64,000 bases of DNA from Myxococcota bacterium (GTDB taxonomy: Bacteria; Myxococcota_A; UBA9160; UBA4427). The notes under the pieces were generated by a model, which made no database searches, was not told the origin of the DNA, and saw only the letters and a list, made by a program, of their open reading frames with translations. The stretch covers positions 6,144,001-6,208,000 of the forward strand of contig OZ252299.1 in NCBI GenBank assembly GCA_965250285.1, written 5' to 3'. A program made the position numbers and the translations under genes. Shown here piece by piece: positions 8,911-17,884 of the stretch. Position 1 is the stretch's first letter. Every line of letters starts with the position of its first letter.

Positions 8911-11900
8911 TTGCGAATCAAGTCACTGCAGGTCCACGGCTTCAAGTCGTTCGTCGATCGAACCACGTTCTCGTTCAAGGACGGGGTGACGGCCGTCGTC
9001 GGCCCGAACGGCTGCGGCAAGTCGAACGTCGTCGACGCGATCCGCTGGGTGATGGGCGAGCAGTCGGCCCGTCGTCTGCGCGGTCGCGGCATGGACGATG
9101 TGATCTTTGCCGGCAGCGACAGCCGCCCGCCGATCGGCATGGCCGAGGTGCAGCTCACCTTCGACAACAGCGACGGCACCGCACCGGCCGCCTATGCGCC
9201 GTTCGCCGAGATCCAGATCACCCGCCGGCTGTACCGCTCGGGCGAGAGCGAGTACCTGATGAACAAGGCGCCCTCGCGCCTCAAGGACATCCAGGATTTC
9301 TTCCGCGACACCGGCATCGGCGCCAAGGGCTACACGATCGTCGAGCAGGGCAAGGTCGCCGAGATCGTGTCGGCCAAGGCCGACGAGCGCCGCATCCTCA
9401 TCGAAGAGGCGGCCGGCATCACCAAGTACAAGGCGCGGCGCCGCGAGGCCGAGGGCAAGCTCAAGAGCACCGAGCAGAACCTCAACCGCGTGACCGACGT
9501 GCTGCGTGAGATCAAGCGCCAGATCAACACGCTCGAGCGGCAGGCCAAGAAGGCCGCGCGCTACAAGCGCCTCAAGGAGACGCAGCGCATCCTCGAGCTG
9601 TCGCTCGCCCTCGACGAGCGAGCCGATCTGCTCGAGAGCGTGCAGGGCGCCCGCTCATCGCTCACCGAGCTCAAGGATGCCGTCAGCGCACTCACGACGC
9701 AGCTCGCCGAGCGCGAGCTCGCGATCGAGACCCAGCGCATCGGCCTCGTCGAAGCCGAGAAGGCGGTGGCGACCGGCAGCGAGCGGCTCTACGGCCTGCG
9801 CAGCGAAATCAAGAACCTCGAGGGCCGCATCGAGCTCGCTCGGCGCGAGACCGAGAGCCTCGACGAGAGCGACGCGGGACGCCGCAGTGAACTCGAGCGG
9901 CTGAACGAGCAGCTCGAAACGGCGCGCAGCGAGGCCGAGCAGGCCCGCGACGAGCTGGTTCAGATCGAAGACGCCGTCGCGCGGCAGGCCGAGACGCTGG
10001 CCGGCGCCGAGCGCGAGGCGAGCGACGCCCAGACGCGGCTCGCCGAAACCGAGCGCCAGCGAGACGCGAGCAGCGAGGCGCTCGTCAACGTGCTGACCCA
10101 GCTCGCGCGGCACGAGGATCGCATCGCCGCGCTCGCCGATCGCCGCGGCGAGATCGACCGCCGCATGCGAGACGCCGACCGCGAGGTCGAGCTGCAGCAG
10201 AACGCGACGACGACGGCCCAGGGTGAGCAGCGCGACCTCGAAGCCGGGCTGCGCAACCTGCTCGCCGAGCGCGACCGGCTGCAAGAGTCGCTCGTCGACT
10301 CGATGAACAAGCACACCCGCTCCATCGAAGTGGAGCGTGAGGCAGGCGAGGCCCTGCGCGAGAAGCGCGAGCGACTCGAGGCCCGACGTGCGCGGCTCGA
10401 CAGCCTGCGGGAGGTCGTGGAGCGCCGCGAGGACGTCAACGCGGCGACGCGGCATCTGCTCGAGCAGGGCGACGAAGCGCGCGAGCGCTTTGGCCTGCGC
10501 GGCCTCGTGCGCGATCTGCTCGACGTGCCGGCCGATGTCGAACGGGCCGTCGAGGCGGTGCTCGCCGAGCGCGCCGAGGCGATCGTCGTCGGCGACGGCT
10601 CGGGGGCCCTCCGCGCGCTCGATGCCCTGCGCGAGGCCGAAGCCGGCCGCGGCGTCTTCCTCGTTGCGGGCGCCGACGATCCCGTCGGGCTCGGCACGGT
10701 GCCCTTCGGCACCCCGCTGGCCGACCTCGTGCGGGCCACCGACGGCTTCGAGGCGACCGCGCGGTCGCTGCTCCACGACGTGTACCTGGTCGACAGCCTG
10801 GGCGACGTCTTCCGCCACTTCGGCCAGGGGCGCCTGCCGGCGACCTTCGTGACGCGGCTCGGCGATACCGTGACGCCCGACGGCGCGATTCGGGGTGGCG
10901 GCGAGGCCGCATCGAGCGGACTGATCTCGCGCGTGCGCGAGGTGCGAGAGCTCGAGGCCGAGGTCGATGGGCTCGAGATGGAGACCGCGCGCAGCGAAGC
11001 GGCGCACGCGACCGCGACGCGCGAGCTTCAGGCCGCCACCGACGAGCTCGACAACCTGCGCAATCGCCACCACACGTCGGCGCTGGCCGTTGCGAACCAC
11101 GAGAAGGATCTCGAACGGACGAGCGAACGGGTCAAGACACTGGGCGAGGCGCAGGAGCACCGCGTGGCCGAGCGCAGCGAGCTGCTCGCCGAGGCCGAGG
11201 CGATGGCCGAAGAGCAGGCCCGCATCGAGACCGCGCTCGAGGAGGCGCGACACGAGCGCACCGAGAAGCAGCGTGGGCTCGATTCGCTCGGGCTCCAGCT
11301 CGGCAGCCTGAACCGGGAGGCCGCGCGCCTCGGCGAGAAGGTGGCCGAGCTCAAGGTCGCGCACGAGTCGCGGGTCGAGAATCGCAACCGACTGCGTGAG
11401 GGGGCCGAACGCGCCGCCGCGACCGCTACCGATACCCAGACCTGGATCGAGCGCCGCGAGCGCGAGATCGAGCAGGCGGCCGAGCGCCGCCGCACGCTCG
11501 CCACCGAGGTCGAAGCGGCCGAAGCGTCGCTCGGTGAGAAGCTCGGCGCCGAAGAGACCGCGCGACTCGAGGCCGAGTCGCTGCGCGACGCCTACGAAGC
11601 GAAGGCCGTCGAGGTGCGCGAGGCCGAGGACGGGATGCGCGATCTGCGCTCACAGCTCTCCGGTCGCCAGGAGGCCGCATCGGGGGCCGAGCTGACGCTG
11701 CGCGAGAGCGAGATGCGCCTGACCCATCAGGTCGAGACGATCCGCGAGCGCTGGGACGTCGACCTCGCCTCGTGGGAGCTGCCGCCCCTCGAACCCGAAG
11801 AGGCGTCCGCCGGCGCGCCGGATCCGGCGGTCGACTCTTCGACGGAGGGTGAGACGCCCGTCGCAGGCGAGTCGACGACCGACGCAGGGGCCGAGGCCGA

Positions 11901-12684
11901 GGCCGCCGTCGCCGCGGCGCTGCGCAGCGACGGGGAAGGCGACGCCGCGGCCGAACCGGCCGAGGCCGGGCTCTTCGCCGACGATGCGGTCAATGTCGCG
12001 AAGGAGGCGCGCAAGAACGCCGAGCTGGCCCGGGCGCCGCGCGAAGAGCGCGAAGAGAAGCTCGAGGCGCTGCGCAAGAGCCTGCAGAGTCTCGGCGACG
12101 TGAATCTCGGCGCGATCGAAGAACACGAAGAGCTCGCCGAGCGCCACCGATTCCTCGACGAGCAGCAGCGTGATCTGCAGGAGACCATCGACTCGCTGCG
12201 CGAGGCGATCGCCCGCATCAACCGCACGAGTCGCCGCCGGTTTCGTGAGACGTTCGAGGCTGTGTCGAAGCGCTTCGCCGAGAACTTCCCGAGGCTCTTC
12301 GGCGGCGGCAAGGCCAGCCTCGAGCTCACTGAAGCCGAGGACGTGCTCGAAGCGGGGATCGAGATCATGGCGCAGCCGCCCGGCAAGCGGCTGCAGAACG
12401 TGAACCTCCTCTCGGGCGGTGAGAAGACGATGACCGCGCTCGCACTGCTGGTCGCGGTGTTCCAGGTGCGCCCCTCGCCGTTCTTCCTGCTCGACGAGGT
12501 CGATGCAGCGCTCGACGACGCGAACGTCGGGCGCTTCAACCAGCTGATCACCGAGATGGCCTCTCACTCGCAGTTCCTGGTCATCACGCACAACAAGCGC
12601 ACGATCGAGGTCGCCGACGTGCTCTACGGCGTGACGATGGAGCAGAAGGGCGTCTCGAAGCTGGTCAGCGTGGAGCTGACCTGA
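8911..12684 (+). CDS. smc: Chromosome segregation protein SMC
   Basis: TTG start LRIKSLQVHGFKSF; GPNGCGKSN, long coiled coils, hinge, LLSGGEK, LDEVDAALD, ITHN. Confidence 0.96.
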   Translation: MRIKSLQVHGFKSFVDRTTFSFKDGVTAVVGPNGCGKSNVVDAIRWVMGEQSARRLRGRGMDDVIFAGSDSRPPIGMAEVQLTFDNSDGTAPAAYAPFAEIQITRRLYRSGESEYLMNKAPSRLKDIQDFFRDTGIGAKGYTIVEQGKVAEIVSAKADERRILIEEAAGITKYKARRREAEGKLKSTEQNLNRVTDVLREIKRQINTLERQAKKAARYKRLKETQRILELSLALDERADLLESVQGARSSLTELKDAVSALTTQLAERELAIETQRIGLVEAEKAVATGSERLYGLRSEIKNLEGRIELARRETESLDESDAGRRSELERLNEQLETARSEAEQARDELVQIEDAVARQAETLAGAEREASDAQTRLAETERQRDASSEALVNVLTQLARHEDRIAALADRRGEIDRRMRDADREVELQQNATTTAQGEQRDLEAGLRNLLAERDRLQESLVDSMNKHTRSIEVEREAGEALREKRERLEARRARLDSLREVVERREDVNAATRHLLEQGDEARERFGLRGLVRDLLDVPADVERAVEAVLAERAEAIVVGDGSGALRALDALREAEAGRGVFLVAGADDPVGLGTVPFGTPLADLVRATDGFEATARSLLHDVYLVDSLGDVFRHFGQGRLPATFVTRLGDTVTPDGAIRGGGEAASSGLISRVREVRELEAEVDGLEMETARSEAAHATATRELQAATDELDNLRNRHHTSALAVANHEKDLERTSERVKTLGEAQEHRVAERSELLAEAEAMAEEQARIETALEEARHERTEKQRGLDSLGLQLGSLNREAARLGEKVAELKVAHESRVENRNRLREGAERAAATATDTQTWIERREREIEQAAERRRTLATEVEAAEASLGEKLGAEETARLEAESLRDAYEAKAVEVREAEDGMRDLRSQLSGRQEAASGAELTLRESEMRLTHQVETIRERWDVDLASWELPPLEPEEASAGAPDPAVDSSTEGETPVAGESTTDAGAEAEAAVAAALRSDGEGDAAAEPAEAGLFADDAVNVAKEARKNAELARAPREEREEKLEALRKSLQSLGDVNLGAIEEHEELAERHRFLDEQQRDLQETIDSLREAIARINRTSRRRFRETFEAVSKRFAENFPRLFGGGKASLELTEAEDVLEAGIEIMAQPPGKRLQNVNLLSGGEKTMTALALLVAVFQVRPSPFFLLDEVDAALDDANVGRFNQLITEMASHSQFLVITHNKRTIEVADVLYGVTMEQKGVSKLVSVELT

Positions 12685-12833
12685 CGCGTGCGCGCATCGA
12701 GCGGCTGCCCGGCGCTCGATACCGCTGCAAGAACCCGACGGCGCCACCGGTGAGCTGCACCGGTGGCGCCGTCTTTCGTTTCGCGGGGCGTCGATGGGTG
12801 TGGATCCCCGATCGGTCGATCGGTCACACTCAC

Positions 12834-12926
12834 AGCAGGAGGCCCCGCCATGAGTGAGCCCACCGTCGCCCGAGCAGAAGGCCCCGCCATGAGTGAGCCC
12901 ACCGTCGCCCGAGCCGAAGGCCCCGC
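12834..12926 (+). repeat. 39-bp tandem duplication (2.4 copies) spanning RBS and start codon of Coq4-like gene
   Basis: agcag(g/a)aggccccgccatgagtgagcccaccgtcgcccg at 12834 and 12873, partial third copy at 12912. Confidence 0.9.
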
Positions 12927-13680
12927 GGCCTCGAGACCGCTGCGTCGCGAGTGGGCGCACGGCTTGCGCTGTCTCGTTCGGTTCGCCACGACGCCGAGCG
13001 ATCTCGCCAACAGCTTCGAGGCAATGTTCGCGCTCGCGGGGCCGACCGTGCAGCACGAGTTCGACCGGTTCGCGCGGCACCCGGTCGGTCGTCGGCTGCT
13101 CGCCGAGCGCCCGCGCCCCGATCTCAATGCGATGCTGATGGACCGCGCCCGCCTCGCTGCGATGCCGCAAGGCAGCTTCGCCCACGCGTACCTCGACTAT
13201 CTCGGCGGCGAAGAGATGGGGTCGGCGGACTACTTCCTCGAGGCAGCCGACATCGACGAGAAGGGCACCCGCTTCGGCTGGACCGAGGATCAGATCTGGT
13301 TCGTGAAGCGGATGGCCAATAGTCACGACCTCTTTCACGTCGTCTCGGGCTACGACCGCGACGTGACGGGGGAGGTCGGCGTGATCGCGTTCACCGCCGG
13401 TCAGGTCCCCCTGCTGCCGCTTCGGCTCCTCCTCGTGTGGCTCGCCGTGCTGAAGCCGAGCGAGCCGGTGAGCTGGCTGCGATTCGTTCGCGCGGCCTAT
13501 CGCCACGGGCGGGCGACACCCTCGCTCGCGTGCGTCGACTACGAGGCGCTGCTCCCGCTGCCGCTCGCCGAAGCGCGGCGCCAGATCGGTGTGCCCGAGC
13601 TCGACGAGGTGCACCCGGGCGGCATTCCGCGCAAGGGCGGTCTGCTCCACGAGATCGAACGGCGGGTGGCGCTGGTCTAG
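12850..13680 (+). CDS. Coq4-family protein
   Basis: GGAGG RBS before ATG 12850; LAAMPQGSFAHAY and HDLFHVVSGYDRDVTGE (HDxxH-x11-E metal motif). Confidence 0.8.
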   Translation: MSEPTVARAEGPAMSEPTVARAEGPAASRPLRREWAHGLRCLVRFATTPSDLANSFEAMFALAGPTVQHEFDRFARHPVGRRLLAERPRPDLNAMLMDRARLAAMPQGSFAHAYLDYLGGEEMGSADYFLEAADIDEKGTRFGWTEDQIWFVKRMANSHDLFHVVSGYDRDVTGEVGVIAFTAGQVPLLPLRLLLVWLAVLKPSEPVSWLRFVRAAYRHGRATPSLACVDYEALLPLPLAEARRQIGVPELDEVHPGGIPRKGGLLHEIERRVALV

Positions 13681-13736
13681 CCCGCGGGTTCCGGCCCGCT
13701 TCGTTCGCACGCTCGCTCTCGCGCCGGCGGCGGCGC

Positions 13737-13745
13737 TGGTATGAT
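13737..13745 (+). promoter_or_regulatory. Extended -10 promoter element upstream of ftsY
   Basis: TGgTATGAT, 9 nt before ATG 13755; no SD sequence. Confidence 0.5.
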
Positions 13746-13754
13746 CCGCGCCCC

Positions 13755-14996
13755 ATGGATCAAGCCTCTCTCGTCACGTTCTTCCGCGAAGTACCCGGCG
13801 GCGATCTGATCGTCCTCGGTCTCTTCTTCGCGCTCATCGTCCTGATCTCGTTCGTCTTCGGCGCGCTCGGCCGAAGCCGCGACGACGGCGCGGCCGCTGC
13901 GCCGAGCCTCGAAGCGCAGGCGGCCCCGGCCGAGCCGGTACCCAGCCCGGTCGCCGAGCCCGTCCCCGAAGCCGTCGTGCCCGAGTCGGAGCCCGGGGTC
14001 GATGCGGTGGCGCCCGTCGCGGAGCCCGCGCCCGCTCCCGAGCCTGCGCCCGAACCGGAGCCCGAACCCGAACCCGCACCCGAGCCGCCGCCGCGACGCG
14101 TCTCGTTGCGCGAGCGACTGACGCGCACGAGCGAGGCGTTCGTCGGTCGGCTCGGCGGGCTCCTCGGCGGACGCCAGCTCGATGCCGATCTGCTCGACGA
14201 GCTCGAAGCGCTGCTCTTCACCGCCGACCTCGGGGTCGCCACGGCCGAGGATCTGCTCGAGCGGGTGCGCAGTGAAGGGGCCGGAGCCGACGGTGACCGC
14301 GTGCGGCAGATCCTGCGCGAGGCGATCGAGGAGAAGCTGCAGCGGGTGCAGCCGCCCGACGACGTGCTCGCGGTGACGGGCAAGCCTCATGTGATCCTCG
14401 TGCTCGGCGTGAACGGCGCCGGCAAGACGACGACGATCGGCAAGCTCGCAGCCCAGCACGCGGCGGCGGGTCGAAAGGTGATCCTCGGCGCCGGCGACAC
14501 GTTTCGCGCCGCGGCGATCGAGCAGCTCCAGGTCTGGGGCGAGCGGGTGGGCTGCGAAGTCGTGGCGGGCCAGCCGGGCGGCGACCCGGCGGCCGTCGCG
14601 TTCGACACGGTGAAGGCGGCGATCGCGCGCGACGCCGACGTCGCCATCGTCGACACGGCCGGCCGCTTGCAGACGAAGAAGCCCCTCATGGAAGAGCTCG
14701 GCAAGATCGCGCGCGTGATGGCGCGCGACCTCGAGGATGCGCCCCACGAGCGGCTGCTGGTGCTCGATTCGAACACCGGCCAGAACGCACTCAGCCAGGC
14801 GAAGCTCTTCAGCGAGGTCACCGACATCACCGGCCTCGTCCTCACGAAGCTCGATGGGACCGCGAAGGGCGGCGTCATCGTCGGCCTCGCCGACGAGCTC
14901 GGCGTGCCCGTGCACTTCGTCGGCGTCGGCGAGGGCATCGAAGACCTGCGCCCCTTCGACGCCCACGAGTTCGTCGACGCCCTGTTCGAGGGCTGA
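13755..14996 (+). CDS. ftsY: Signal recognition particle receptor FtsY with N-terminal TM helix and Pro/Glu-rich linker
   Basis: GVNGAGKTTTIGKLA, DTFRAAA, DTAGR, TKLDGTAKGG, GVGEGIEDL; N-terminal LIVLGLFFALIVLISFVFGAL. Confidence 0.95.
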   Translation: MDQASLVTFFREVPGGDLIVLGLFFALIVLISFVFGALGRSRDDGAAAAPSLEAQAAPAEPVPSPVAEPVPEAVVPESEPGVDAVAPVAEPAPAPEPAPEPEPEPEPAPEPPPRRVSLRERLTRTSEAFVGRLGGLLGGRQLDADLLDELEALLFTADLGVATAEDLLERVRSEGAGADGDRVRQILREAIEEKLQRVQPPDDVLAVTGKPHVILVLGVNGAGKTTTIGKLAAQHAAAGRKVILGAGDTFRAAAIEQLQVWGERVGCEVVAGQPGGDPAAVAFDTVKAAIARDADVAIVDTAGRLQTKKPLMEELGKIARVMARDLEDAPHERLLVLDSNTGQNALSQAKLFSEVTDITGLVLTKLDGTAKGGVIVGLADELGVPVHFVGVGEGIEDLRPFDAHEFVDALFEG

Positions 14997-15212
14997 TCCC
15001 GCGCCCACGCGGCGAGTGCGCGCGAGCCGCTGCTCGCCCATTGCCTGCGGGTTGCCGGTGCCCTGCGTCGCGTTGTCGCGCCCCTCGCGGCGTCGCCTCG
15101 CGCGCGCAGACGGCCCGCGACGGCGGCCCTGCGCTCGGCCCGAGGCGCGCTCGATCCAAGGTCAAGTGTGCGTCGACCTCCGCCGATTCGATCCATATCG
15201 GGAGGACAAGAC

Positions 15213-15569
15213 ATGGGATCGTTCATCGACGCGCTCCGCCACTACGCCGACTTCTCGGGTCGCAGCTCGCGGCGCGCCTTCGGGCTGTATCACCTGCAGA
15301 TGATCGCTCTGGGCGTCGTCATTGGTCTGGCCGAAGACATGATGGGGCTCGCGCCGGCCGACGACGTCGGGCTGCTCACAAACCTCTACCTGCTCGTCAT
15401 GCTGCTGCCGACGGTCTCGATCTGCGTTCGGCGACTGCACGACATGGGCTACGGCGGCGGCTGGGTGGCGCTGACCCTCGTGCCCCTCGTCGGCTTCGTC
15501 GTCTATCCGATGCTGTTCGCCTGGAATCGAGACGACGACAACGAGTACGGCCCGCTCGTCTGCACCTGA
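15213..15569 (+). CDS. DUF805 family inner membrane protein
   Basis: GGAGG RBS; YADFSGRSSRR, VRRLHDMG, NEYGP motifs. Confidence 0.85.
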   Translation: MGSFIDALRHYADFSGRSSRRAFGLYHLQMIALGVVIGLAEDMMGLAPADDVGLLTNLYLLVMLLPTVSICVRRLHDMGYGGGWVALTLVPLVGFVVYPMLFAWNRDDDNEYGPLVCT

Positions 15570-15614
15570 GCCACGCCGGTTCGACGCCGAAGCGTTCGCA
15601 TCACGCCGCTCGGG

Positions 15615-17222
15615 CTAGGTGCTGAACGAGTCCGCCCGCGCCGCGCGCCACTCGTCGCCCCAGGGCTCGGGCGCGCCTCCGTCGATCAGCTGACCCGGCT
15701 CGAGGAAGACGCGCAGCTCATCGAGGCGCGCGATCTGGTTGGGTGCGACCCGGCGATACACGTGGTGCGGCTCGATCTGCGAAGGGTGATCGAGTCCGCA
15801 GGCGGCCGTCATCTCGGCCACGGCCTCGACGGTCGACGCGTGGAAGTTGTGCGCCCGCTTCGCTTTCTCGTCGACGATCAGGGCGCGCTGCAGGTGCGGG
15901 TCCTGCGTGGCGACGCCGACCGGGCATTTGTTCGTATGGCACAGCTGTGACTGGATACAGCCGACCGAGAACATGAAGCCGCGCGCCGCGTTGACCCAGT
16001 CGGCGCCGATCGCCATCGCCGTGAGAATCGCCGAGCTGTTGATCCGCTTGCCGCTCGCGACCAGCCGGACGTGATCGCGCAGCCCCGACCCGACCAGCGC
16101 ATTCTGTACGCAGACGAGCGCGTCGATGAGCGGCATGCCGAGGTGATCCGAGTACTCGAGCGGGGCGGCGCCGGTGCCGCCCTCGCCCCCGTCGACGGTG
16201 ATGAAGTCGGGGTGGATCCCGGTCTCGAGCATCGCCTTCACGACGGCGAACACCTCGGCCGGCCGGCCGACGCAGAGCTTGAAGCCCACCGGCTTGCCGC
16301 CGCAGCCTTCGCGCAGCTGCGCGATGAACTCGCAGAGCTCGATCGGCGTCGAGAAAGCCGAGTGGCCCGGCGGCGAGAAGCAGTCCTCCCCGACCGGCAC
16401 GCCGCGCGCTTCGGCGATCTCGGGCGTCACCTTGGCGCCCGGCAGGATGCCGCCGTGCCCCGGCTTCGCGCCCTGTGAGATCTTCAGCTCGATCATCTTG
16501 ACCTGGTCGCTTCGTGACGTGTCTTCGAAGCGGGCCGGGTCGAAATGGCCCGCCCCATCGCGGCAGCCGAAGTAGCCGGTGCCGACCTGCCAGACAATGT
16601 CGCCGCCGGGGGCGCGGTGGTGAGCGCTGAAGCCGCCCTCGCCGGTGTTGTGTGCGAAGCCGCCGAGCTTGGCGGCCGTGTTGAGCGCGCGGATCGCCTG
16701 CGCGCTCAGCGCACCGAAGCTCATCGCCGAGACGTTGAGGATCGAGGCCGAGTAGGGCTGCGTGCATGCGGGACCGCCGACGTCGACGCGGATCTTGCGT
16801 CCCGCATCTTCGACGATCGGCTTCGGGCTCATCGAGTGCGCGATGAACTGGTACCCGACGCCCTCGACGTCGAGCTCGGTGCCGAACGGTTTCACGCCGG
16901 GGATCTGCTTCGACCGCTCGTAGACGAGCGCGCGATCGTCCCGCGAGAAGGGACGCCCACTGGTGTCGCTCTCGAAGAAGTACTGGCGAATCTCGGGGCC
17001 GGTGCCCTCGAGTAGGAACCGCAGGTGCCCGAGCACCGGATAGTTGCGGAGGAGGCTGTGTCGCTGCTGGACGAGATCGACCGCGCCGACGACGAGCAGG
17101 GTGGCGGAGATCACGAGCCCGACGGCCGACCACGGAGACCACAAGAGGCCGGCGGCGAAGCCGATGGTCAAGATGCCCAGCGCGGGCATCACGTAGCTCC
17201 GGATGGAGTGAATCAAGTCCAC
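15615..17222 (-). CDS. Stand-alone FMN-binding glutamate synthase family protein (membrane anchored)
   Basis: AGGAGG RBS; N-terminal TM; SAMSFGALS, NTGEGG, IELKISQGAKPGHGG, DGGEGGTGAAP, CIQSQLCHTNKCPVGVATQD [3Fe-4S] motif. Confidence 0.9.
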   Translation of the reverse strand: MDLIHSIRSYVMPALGILTIGFAAGLLWSPWSAVGLVISATLLVVGAVDLVQQRHSLLRNYPVLGHLRFLLEGTGPEIRQYFFESDTSGRPFSRDDRALVYERSKQIPGVKPFGTELDVEGVGYQFIAHSMSPKPIVEDAGRKIRVDVGGPACTQPYSASILNVSAMSFGALSAQAIRALNTAAKLGGFAHNTGEGGFSAHHRAPGGDIVWQVGTGYFGCRDGAGHFDPARFEDTSRSDQVKMIELKISQGAKPGHGGILPGAKVTPEIAEARGVPVGEDCFSPPGHSAFSTPIELCEFIAQLREGCGGKPVGFKLCVGRPAEVFAVVKAMLETGIHPDFITVDGGEGGTGAAPLEYSDHLGMPLIDALVCVQNALVGSGLRDHVRLVASGKRINSSAILTAMAIGADWVNAARGFMFSVGCIQSQLCHTNKCPVGVATQDPHLQRALIVDEKAKRAHNFHASTVEAVAEMTAACGLDHPSQIEPHHVYRRVAPNQIARLDELRVFLEPGQLIDGGAPEPWGDEWRAARADSFST

Positions 17223-17353
17223 GGTCGAGTGCCTCCTACTGGGGCCGAGTCTAGTCGTGCCTCGCCCGGGCTGCCCCGCCCGAGCGTTGGACGAGACGCT
17301 GCGGTGTCGGAGGTGCTAGCTTCGCGGCGTCCCACCATGAGGAGTGCCCCCCG

Positions 17354-17746
17354 ATGCCCCGCCTTTCGCTTTCGAACCTGGTCCGCGTCACGCTGCTCGC
17401 ATCCATCGTCCCGTGGATCTCGTTGGGCTGCGCCCACAGTCAGGCCGTCGAGGCCGAACGCACGTTGGCTGCCGCCGGCTTTCAGATGCAGCTCGCGACG
17501 ACGCCCGAGCGCCAGGCCGAGCTCGAGAAGATGCAGCCGCGCAAGCTGACCCCCGTGCCGAAGGGGGACGAGACGGTCTTCATCTACGCCGACCCCGACT
17601 ACTGCAAGTGCCTCTACGTCGGTGACCAGCGCGCCTACGGGCGCTACGAGCTGCTCGAGCGCCGCGCTCGCCTCGCCGAAGGCGTCGAGATGAACGCGAT
17701 GGACATGGACTGGGGTGTCTGGGGTCCCTGGCGCCCCTGGTACTGA
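17354..17746 (+). CDS. Hypothetical lipoprotein with CxC motif
   Basis: GAGGAG RBS; signal ending SLGC; LAAAGF and YADPDYCKCLYVG segments. Confidence 0.7.
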   Translation: MPRLSLSNLVRVTLLASIVPWISLGCAHSQAVEAERTLAAAGFQMQLATTPERQAELEKMQPRKLTPVPKGDETVFIYADPDYCKCLYVGDQRAYGRYELLERRARLAEGVEMNAMDMDWGVWGPWRPWY

Positions 17747-17884
17747 GCCCGCCTCGGGCTGCATCGTGGCGCGGGGCGAGCTGCCGGAGCGCCGACCGAT
17801 CGTGCGTGAACGCCTGGGCTGGCCGCGGCATGCGCCGCACGGCGCCGCTGTTCGCACGTGCACACCAACTCGCGGGTGAACACC

